Position numbers and translations under genes: made by a program. The notes beneath the pieces are model-generated. The model searched no databases, was not told the origin of the DNA, and was given only the letters and a program-made list of their open reading frames with translations. Shown piece after piece: positions 39,739 through 46,905 of a DNA stretch of 46,905 nt. The stretch is from a virus: the IMG/VR virus record IMGVR_UViG_2850695442_000001; one strand, 5' to 3'. The stretch's first letter is position 1, and every line of letters begins with the position of its first letter.

Positions 39739-40374
39739 ATGGAAGATTTTATTCTGATAAATGAAAATAAGAAACATCAAAAACCTTTTTTAGTGTATTC
39801 AATCTTAATTTTGTTTGTGATACTTGGAATAATATTGTTCTTAATAATGTATCTAGGACAAAGGAAAATTACAAGTGGAAAGGTTCAAGAAATATCAACT
39901 ATTTTCCCTTTTCATCCATTGGCTAAACCTCAAAAAAACGAGTTAAAACACTACGTTCGTTATACATGCGATTTTTCTAATGTAAACTTTATGAAAGTAA
40001 AAAAAGGTGAGAGTTTGTTTTTACCCCCTTCAAATGTTCCAAAAGATAATACGATTATACCAGCGGGAAATTATCTGATAACAGTAAGAATGAATATTAG
40101 TAATACAATAGATGGAAAAACGATAGGAATAGGGGAAGCAACTACAAGAGTGAATGTGCCTCATCCAGTATATGCTCAATATTTACAGTGGAGAGAATTA
40201 AAGTATTCCTCTAATCTTTTTGGAAATTTTTTCAAAACGAGTGTCATAGCTATACGAGACATAACAGAGCCATCAGCTGTATTTGTCCAGTCAAGTGCGC
40301 GTGATACCAAACATACTTTGGAAAATACAGTAAGTGCTAGTATCAAACAAATTCAAAGTGGTTTTTTTTTTTAA
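39739..40374 (+). CDS. Membrane-anchored hypothetical protein
   Basis: N-terminal TM; ends in a T11 run. Confidence 0.55.
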   Translation: MEDFILINENKKHQKPFLVYSILILFVILGIILFLIMYLGQRKITSGKVQEISTIFPFHPLAKPQKNELKHYVRYTCDFSNVNFMKVKKGESLFLPPSNVPKDNTIIPAGNYLITVRMNISNTIDGKTIGIGEATTRVNVPHPVYAQYLQWRELKYSSNLFGNFFKTSVIAIRDITEPSAVFVQSSARDTKHTLENTVSASIKQIQSGFFF

Positions 40375-40446
40375 GAAATGAGAATTTTCCCGGCTGTGTT
40401 TGTTGTATGAGATAATGAAATAAATAGAAATTTGGAGAATAATATT

Positions 40447-41046
40447 ATGAGCAATTTTGCAAAATGGAATGATGAAAATAGCGAAAAACATGAATCAGAT
40501 AATTTGCGCGTGGCTTTGATGGTTTCAAGAAATAAAGATAATCAACACCTTGAAAACTTTAAAGAACGACGCAAAGCTTTTCTCACGACTAGGAATAAAG
40601 AAGATAAAAAACTTTATGAAGAATTCAAGGCATTTGCTCAAGGAGGGCAATTAGGAGAAAGAAGTCGCCTCTATTTTTCCGTTAATAAACGGGATAATGT
40701 CAAGATAAACAAAGCCCTTATTCACTATCTTATAGACCACCCAGAATTAAATTTGGCTTCCTTACCAACTAAGGTGGCAGCTCTTGGAGCTAAAGTTGAA
40801 AATGCTTTGGAGAAAAGATGGTTATTTGATTTTGATGCACCAAAAGAAAAAATACAAGAATTCGTATCTGACTTACATCACGCCGGACTTTCAGATAATG
40901 AGATAGAGACACACGAAACACCAAATGGCTATGGGGTAATTATCGCTCACGGTTTTGACACGCGCGAACTTTTGGAGAAATGGACGGATGTTAGTTTGAA
41001 ACGGGATGATTTACTTTGCATTGATTGGCTGACTAAGGAGGAATGA
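40447..41046 (+). CDS. Archaeo-eukaryotic primase (AEP)-like protein
   Basis: RLYxSVNxR, WLFDFD (DxD) and ETPNGY motifs. Confidence 0.5.
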   Translation: MSNFAKWNDENSEKHESDNLRVALMVSRNKDNQHLENFKERRKAFLTTRNKEDKKLYEEFKAFAQGGQLGERSRLYFSVNKRDNVKINKALIHYLIDHPELNLASLPTKVAALGAKVENALEKRWLFDFDAPKEKIQEFVSDLHHAGLSDNEIETHETPNGYGVIIAHGFDTRELLEKWTDVSLKRDDLLCIDWLTKEE

Positions 41047-41050
41047 AAAT

Positions 41051-41500
41051 ATGAGTATGACTTTAAGAATTTATAGTGACGATATTATTGATGAAGAAGA
41101 GGAACGTACAGGTGAACTGCTTTATCAAGAGGACATTGGCTATGGAGCCTTTTACTTTTTGCGTAATGAGTTGTCACGCGCCCTTGGCTGGACAAATGCA
41201 ACTGAAGATATATTTGAGAATGAGTGGAATAAGAATTATACACAGGAGAGCTTTCCTATTTTTGAGAGAGTCATGAATCTTTTAGATGTTGAACAAAAAT
41301 CAGACGACATTTATATTTTTTATCACTTTGTTGCACATACAGATGTGGATGGTATTTGGCAACCAGAAGAATGTCAAAAATTAAAAGAATTGTTGTCCCC
41401 TTATTTTGAAACGAATCAATTAGAAAAAACGGAGGAGTGGGCGACTCTATTAGAAGCATTTGATACAGCTGTTAAATACCAACGTCCTTTAGAAAATTAA
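41051..41500 (+). CDS. Acidic hypothetical protein
   Basis: 149 aa with HTDVDG motif and AAGGAGG RBS. Confidence 0.6.
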   Translation: MSMTLRIYSDDIIDEEEERTGELLYQEDIGYGAFYFLRNELSRALGWTNATEDIFENEWNKNYTQESFPIFERVMNLLDVEQKSDDIYIFYHFVAHTDVDGIWQPEECQKLKELLSPYFETNQLEKTEEWATLLEAFDTAVKYQRPLEN

Positions 41501-41716
41501 ACGGGGGTTATTCCCGATATTTTTTAGAGTATGAGAGAATAGATTATCAAGAAAAAAGAGGTGTTCTCAATACTTTGATTATCCGTAAAAGGAAAATCAA
41601 ATTCCTTAAAGATATTAAAATTGGAAAGGTTATTGACTCAGACTAGAAAATAATGGCTGAATAGTGTTTAGCTTACTTAACTTAAAAAAATTACAACAGG
41701 AATGAGAGGGAACAAA

Positions 41717-42112
41717 ATGAATAAAGAAAGCATCAAAAAAATGCTAGATATCTTTGGGGGAGAGGAAGAAATGGCTTCTTACTACAAAGAAATTCTTTCA
41801 AGCCACCAGGAAATGTTGGAATTGTTTTTTAGTAAATATTTTGAAAAAACGGAAGGACCCAGTTGTTCTTTTGACAAAGCAAGCTTTACCATTAGTAAAA
41901 TTTTAAAAGCATTAGAAGAAAAGAAAGTGTTACCTCTTCAGGAAAGTTATGATTTAGTAAAATTTCCTCAAATGAAAGAATATGAAGGAAAAATTGCCTA
42001 TTGGTGTCCCAAAACATTGAAAAACACAGATGAAGCGATTGAACTCGTATATTCTGTTCTTTCGTGGAATTTTGAAAGGTTAGCAAGTATTATTAAAGAT
42101 GAGAGGAAGTAG
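41717..42112 (+). CDS. Hypothetical protein
   Basis: ORF immediately upstream of PNK-HD. Confidence 0.6.
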   Translation: MNKESIKKMLDIFGGEEEMASYYKEILSSHQEMLELFFSKYFEKTEGPSCSFDKASFTISKILKALEEKKVLPLQESYDLVKFPQMKEYEGKIAYWCPKTLKNTDEAIELVYSVLSWNFERLASIIKDERK

Positions 42113-42113
42113 A

Positions 42114-43148
42114 ATGCGTCAATTAATTATTTTAATCGGAATTTCTGGTTCTGGGAAATCTACCATTGCAAAAGAGCAAGAGAAAGTAAAACAAAATACA
42201 AAACGAATTAGTTCTGATGAACTGCGACTCCAACTGTATGGTACGCTCTCGGAAGGAAATCAACACAATGCGCGTGTCTTTGAAATTATGAATAAGACGG
42301 TATTCAAAGAGTTGGAGGAAAAAGATGCTATCGTTTATTATGATGCAACCAATCTCTCTCGCAAACGACGGGCACATTTATACCAAGAAGCAAAGCGACG
42401 TTTTACAGATGTTAAGGTCATTTGCCAAGTTGTTTTCTGCAATCCGGAACTGGCAAAACTGCGACAAACTTATAGAATAGGAGATGAAGCTGTCCCAAAT
42501 GATGTCATAGAACGTCAATTCATGAATTTACAAGTACCACGTGTGAGTGTTGATTGTGACGATATTGTATTAAGCGGGGAATGCTGGTTTGATAAAGGAG
42601 AAGTCATCGCTCATAGAGTTCGATTAACTTTGAGAGCCTTAGTATATTATGCGACAGATGCTTTCAAACCATTGCTTAAACTAAACTATGCTCCTCATGA
42701 AAGTAAATGGCACACAGAAAGTATTGATGTCCATATTTTAGCTGTAAATAATACAGCGGTTCAGCGTTATGAAGCAAAAGATACATCCTCTTTCTTGGCT
42801 GCTGCGTTTCATGATTTGGGGAAAGGTTATGTAAAAAATAGAGGTATCAATTTTGGGACAAGTCACTACCTGACACATGAAGCTGTTGGAGCACAAATTT
42901 TACTTAATGCTATCCATTGCTTTGGGGACTTGTTAGAACTAGACAAAGAGGAATGCTTAGAAGCCGTAGAGCGTGTTTATCAGCATATGATAGCTCACCA
43001 AATTCGGAATGGCAACTGGTCAGAAAAAACGATAAAGAAATGGCAAGTAAAACACGACATTTCAGATGAGTTATTGATAAACTTGTTAAAATTTGCGGAA
43101 ATAGATGCTCTATGTTCTATTCCTGTAAAAGAAGAGGGACCAGCATGA
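42114..43148 (+). CDS. Polynucleotide kinase (AAA_33 P-loop) fused to HD phosphohydrolase
   Basis: GISGSGKST, SSDELR, YDATN; C-terminal H...HDLGK...HE...HM...D. Confidence 0.85.
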   Translation: MRQLIILIGISGSGKSTIAKEQEKVKQNTKRISSDELRLQLYGTLSEGNQHNARVFEIMNKTVFKELEEKDAIVYYDATNLSRKRRAHLYQEAKRRFTDVKVICQVVFCNPELAKLRQTYRIGDEAVPNDVIERQFMNLQVPRVSVDCDDIVLSGECWFDKGEVIAHRVRLTLRALVYYATDAFKPLLKLNYAPHESKWHTESIDVHILAVNNTAVQRYEAKDTSSFLAAAFHDLGKGYVKNRGINFGTSHYLTHEAVGAQILLNAIHCFGDLLELDKEECLEAVERVYQHMIAHQIRNGNWSEKTIKKWQVKHDISDELLINLLKFAEIDALCSIPVKEEGPA

Positions 43149-43158
43149 GGAGAAGAAA

Positions 43159-43353
43159 ATGAAAAGCTATAAACTTTTATCGGAGTCTGGAAGAACGGAG
43201 CGCATTGTAACTTTGTCAGAGGAGCAAGCTGAAGCGTTCAAAAAATTCAAATTAAATCATATTTTTAAGTTCTCAAATTTTCAAGGTTTAGAGGGCGAGA
43301 AATTAGAAGCATATATGGAAATTCGGATGTTAAAGACTTTTTTGAAAAAATAA
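43159..43353 (+). CDS. Hypothetical protein
   Basis: 64 aa with GAGGAG RBS. Confidence 0.5.
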   Translation: MKSYKLLSESGRTERIVTLSEEQAEAFKKFKLNHIFKFSNFQGLEGEKLEAYMEIRMLKTFLKK

Positions 43354-43385
43354 TTGAATCGTGCTTCCTAGGAAGGGGGATAAAT

Positions 43386-44495
43386 ATGACAAGCGATATG
43401 TTAGAAAATTTTTTGAAGTATGAAAAAGAAAACTTAGTGCGCATTACACGAAACGAAGAGAAACAGCTGATGAGTGTAAAATACAATCTAAACTCAGATA
43501 CCTTTGAGGGTTATGATGAGGCACCACAAGGTTTATCATGGAGTTTACCCTATATGCTTGACGCGCGTGGTATTGTATTGGATAGTGTAACAGGAGAAAT
43601 TGTCGCACGCCCTTACCCAAAGTTTTTTAACTATGGTGAAAATGCACTTGCACAATGGGTAACTGATTATGACACAATGACTGTGACGGACAAACTAGAC
43701 GGCTCTCTTGTTATTTATTCTAATTACCAGAATAGAAATATTTTTGCTTCCTCTGGCTCGACCATTTCTGAACATGCAGTATATTTTAGAAATTGGTTTG
43801 AACAGCATCTCAGCAAAGATGAACTAGAAAAGCTTTTCTCATTTGGTAAAACTTATACATTGCTATTTGAACATATTGGACCCAATGCTAAAATTGCCAT
43901 TGATTATCCAGAAGAAAAGATGGTTCTTCATGGAATGATAGAAACAGCAACTGGTAAAAGCATTTCCTATATGAAAGTTCAAAAAACTGCGCAACAACTG
44001 GGTTTGGAAGCTATTCATGAAGAGCCAATTACAAAATTATCAGATTTAAAGAAATGGATGGCAGGACATAATGATGCCTACACAGAGGGATTGGTGGTTA
44101 CCTTTCAAAAAAGAGGGGTGACAACACGCTTAAAGTTCAAAACAGAGCTATACATTGAACTGCACTATATGCTTTCACGCGCTCAAGGTTTGTTTTCTGA
44201 TTTGTCCATGACAACATTTTCTAAACGTGGACGTGAGATTGTATTGGATGCTTATTATAATAATGAGATTGATGATTTGATTGCACTCAATGATAGAGCT
44301 AAGCCAGCTATTTTGAAGTTAATAACAACCATCAGAGAATTAACCCAAGCTTTCAATACATTTGTCCAAGAGCACGGAGAGCCAATTTTAGAAGTTCGCG
44401 CAGTATACTTTAAGACACATAAGAATGCACCTGCTATGGCATACATTTGGGCTTCTGGTGGGAATGCGGAAGATATGGTTAGAAAATATGTGTGA
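43386..44495 (+). CDS. T4 Rnl1-like RNA ligase
   Basis: ARG, RPYPKFFN, motif I KLDGS, FE, EGLV, KFK. Confidence 0.88.
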   Translation: MTSDMLENFLKYEKENLVRITRNEEKQLMSVKYNLNSDTFEGYDEAPQGLSWSLPYMLDARGIVLDSVTGEIVARPYPKFFNYGENALAQWVTDYDTMTVTDKLDGSLVIYSNYQNRNIFASSGSTISEHAVYFRNWFEQHLSKDELEKLFSFGKTYTLLFEHIGPNAKIAIDYPEEKMVLHGMIETATGKSISYMKVQKTAQQLGLEAIHEEPITKLSDLKKWMAGHNDAYTEGLVVTFQKRGVTTRLKFKTELYIELHYMLSRAQGLFSDLSMTTFSKRGREIVLDAYYNNEIDDLIALNDRAKPAILKLITTIRELTQAFNTFVQEHGEPILEVRAVYFKTHKNAPAMAYIWASGGNAEDMVRKYV

Positions 44496-44725
44496 TGTAC
44501 TCTAGCGAATAAAAATAATTAGAAATTCAAAAAGCTCGTCAAATGCGAGTTTTTTTATTTACCCAGTTTTAAGCATTTGAAAATTAAATAAAGGACTTCT
44601 TTCCCGATATTTTCCTATCTATAGGATAATAAATGTATAAGAAAACTGGCACTTAAGTATGAATGAAAAATTAGTTACTGTAATTTGCCACAAATAGGCA
44701 ATAATTAGAATTTGGAGAATGAGAA

Positions 44726-44860
44726 ATGACTAAATACGAACGCTGTGAAGAGTGCACTTGCTCATATCCAGAGGGAACGACAGATTATGACTGTATTTTC
44801 TCAACTGGATATTGTGGCGAATGCCTAGCTGAGAAAGTTGAAAGAGGAGAGGAATATTAG
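44726..44860 (+). CDS. 44-aa Cys-rich (CxxC...CxxC) protein
   Basis: GGAG RBS; CEEC...CGEC; stop abuts the next ATG. Confidence 0.5.
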   Translation: MTKYERCEECTCSYPEGTTDYDCIFSTGYCGECLAEKVERGEEY

Positions 44861-45484
44861 ATGACTAAGACTTTTGAAGGATTTACACGACCAGATAATG
44901 GTCCTATCACTGATTTAAATAACAATTTTCAGGCTGTTTTGAGCCAGTATCGCAAATTTAGAGAATATGCTACAGAACTCGAAAATAAACTTAAACTAGC
45001 GGAAGAGCAACGAATTGAAGCTAATAATCAAGCTACTTTAGAATATATCAGAGCGCATGAGGCTAAACCCCTGCCAGTAGTTCCGCGGTTCGTGGCGGAT
45101 TGGTATGAAGAAAATAAATCTAACCTAGATTATATGATTTATGAAACTTGCATGAAATTAGAGGCTGAGCCTAGAGATGAATTTAGTAAGTGGTTTGGAA
45201 ATGAGATTAATCATTCAATCACAACGCTAATTCGTATGCAAGACGGCTACACCGTTGAGCAGGAGCAGTTGTTTTATTTGAAACATATTGAGATGAGTAA
45301 GTGTCGTGAAAAATCTCATTCCTTAGCATATGTTGATGAAGGAATGTTCGGACATGATTATTTTGAAAATGATTTTTATCCTGATGGAGATATTTACAAA
45401 TTCACTCAGCAAGAAATCGAAATCATGGAAGTCGGGAGTTATGAACAGATTCCTGTGCCTGTGGAAAGCGAGAACGAGAAATGA
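44861..45484 (+). CDS. DUF1642-like phage protein
   Basis: PVVPRFVADWYE, DGYTVE...LFYL, KFTQQEI. Confidence 0.75.
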   Translation: MTKTFEGFTRPDNGPITDLNNNFQAVLSQYRKFREYATELENKLKLAEEQRIEANNQATLEYIRAHEAKPLPVVPRFVADWYEENKSNLDYMIYETCMKLEAEPRDEFSKWFGNEINHSITTLIRMQDGYTVEQEQLFYLKHIEMSKCREKSHSLAYVDEGMFGHDYFENDFYPDGDIYKFTQQEIEIMEVGSYEQIPVPVESENEK

Positions 45485-45933
45485 AAATACATGAATTAAA
45501 ACTAGACATCAAATATTTTGATGATGTGAAAAATGGTATTAAGAACTTTGAAATTCGCAAGAATGACCGTGATTTCCAGGTCGGGGATATTTTGGAGTTG
45601 AAGAAAGTTAGTTGGTTTCTAAAATTTTTAGTTCCAATAAGATATGCAATATCCATCATGACTAATAGGCGCCAGACCTATCTTGATAAAGATGATATCC
45701 CTTGTATTGAAAGCAAGGCTGATACAATCAAAGCTAAGATTCTGAATGTTGTGCCAGCAGATGAATACAACAACTTTCATGAGTCTGTCAATGGAATTCC
45801 GCAATCAATTAAATGGGCTAATTCTTGTCAAGAAACTTACATAAAGACAATTAACAAAGTTTTGAACGACTATTTTTCTGCTGATAGATTGCCTGACAGT
45901 TATGTGATTCTCGGGATTGAGGTAATCAAATGA
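45481..45933 (+). CDS. ASCH/DUF3850 domain protein
   Basis: IHELK...YF...GIKNFEIRKNDRDFQVGD...YVILGI. Confidence 0.85.
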   Translation: MKIHELKLDIKYFDDVKNGIKNFEIRKNDRDFQVGDILELKKVSWFLKFLVPIRYAISIMTNRRQTYLDKDDIPCIESKADTIKAKILNVVPADEYNNFHESVNGIPQSIKWANSCQETYIKTINKVLNDYFSADRLPDSYVILGIEVIK

Positions 45934-46156
45934 AAACTAAGCTACAAAAAATGCGTGACTGCTGGGAGGGCTGACGATAATGGGGCTTGCTTTGAAAATG
46001 TGCGAAATAGAGCAAAGCTACCATCGTCCATTTCTAGTAGAAACTTTATTGGAGATAGAAACTGACGGAGCTGACTCTGATGGTTCAGGAATTTTAGTTA
46101 GAACTGCAGCACAAGCCCTCAACTGCACGGTAGAAGATTTGACGGAGGATTAGAAA

Positions 46157-46312
46157 ATGAAAAATTTAACAGTAACACAATTAATTGAAGAACTTGAAAA
46201 AATGCCACAAGATGCTTTGGTAGCAGTTTCAGGAGAAGACACTTGTTGGGGGATTTGTCAGGCGTTCCATGCTGATGGCGTGGTAGATTTAGTGCTGAAT
46301 GAAGAGATTTGA
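46157..46312 (+). CDS. 51-aa phage-like hypothetical protein
   Basis: GGAGG RBS; LTVTQLIEELEKMPQDA. Confidence 0.55.
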   Translation: MKNLTVTQLIEELEKMPQDALVAVSGEDTCWGICQAFHADGVVDLVLNEEI

Positions 46313-46326
46313 CGGAGGATTATAAA

Positions 46327-46905
46327 ATGACTGAAACAGCAAAAGAGCGTATCTATCGTGAAGCACTGGAAGAAATAAAATTCAATGGAGATGTTGCGCT
46401 TGATGAGCAAAAATCGAATAGTGAGCCGACATATCAATCTAGTGCAGGCAAGCAATTTGACATTGCTAGACTAGCTTTGACAAAAGGAGACAAGATTCCT
46501 GCCAGCTCTGTCAGCACTGACAAACTTTCGGTTGAAAAACTACAGCTTAACACTGCGGTTGAAGCACTGACAGAATCAAAAGCATTATTAAGAGATATGA
46601 ATAGAGAATGCGACGGGCTTAATAAGCCCAAGGAAACTCTTTACAACATCATTCAGCAAGCACTCGAAGGCTGGAGGAGGGAGAAGATGAGTAAAATAAT
46701 TAAATGCCCAATTTGTCACGAAATGTCAGGTTTAAAGTATAACGTGAATAGAGTTTATCAAAGTCGTTGTCAAAATATGGAATGTCGTGAAACAGTCACA
46801 GTAACAGCACCGAGTCAGAAGGCAGCTGAGGAACTGCTCTCTAAATTTGAAAAAGGAACGGCACAACCGAGGACTAATGGCAATCAACGTAAAATAACTT
46901 ACTAA
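46327..46905 (+). CDS. Phage-like hypothetical protein read through into a Zn-ribbon ORF (internal start 46687)
   Basis: GGAGG before ATG 46327; GGAGGAGG before in-frame ATG 46687 (CPIC...CxxxxC). Confidence 0.5.
   Translation: MTETAKERIYREALEEIKFNGDVALDEQKSNSEPTYQSSAGKQFDIARLALTKGDKIPASSVSTDKLSVEKLQLNTAVEALTESKALLRDMNRECDGLNKPKETLYNIIQQALEGWRREKMSKIIKCPICHEMSGLKYNVNRVYQSRCQNMECRETVTVTAPSQKAAEELLSKFEKGTAQPRTNGNQRKITY

Noticed and set aside
44726-46905. Intact prophage
   Set aside because: Only accessory phage-like ORFs. No integrase, terminase, structural or lysis genes in the window, though they could lie beyond it.

Overview
AT-rich, almost entirely plus-strand segment of a large Lactococcus-type conjugative element (plasmid or ICE). 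The host call is an inference from Csp sequences, Chi content and lactococcal-phage-like genes. Left to right it holds: a partial non-specific nuclease; a VirD4-like coupling protein and a Replic_Relax/MOB_C-like protein; a non-coding array of eight promoter-hairpin-terminator cassettes interleaved with two csp genes; two broken tRNA(CAT) copies; T7SSb substrate loci (Lap-like proteins, an LXG toxin, immunity candidates); a bacteriocin-like/ABC cluster; a miniature IS200/IS605 derivative; a 1497-aa LPXTG adhesin with sortase; an RHH gene with 10-bp-period operators; a helically phased ~800-bp iteron array with a second Replic_Relax paralogue; an IS110 with a candidate bridge RNA; a reverse-architecture lipase toxin locus; and a Chi-rich accessory region with an XRE/S24 repressor, SSB, an RNA-repair cluster (AEP-like, PNK-HD, Rnl1) and phage-like ORFs. 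The best candidate for an undescribed system is the csp-linked small-RNA cassette array at 8.85-10.03 kb. An element-specific promoter class also recurs across the window. All family calls are from motif recognition by eye; no searches were run.
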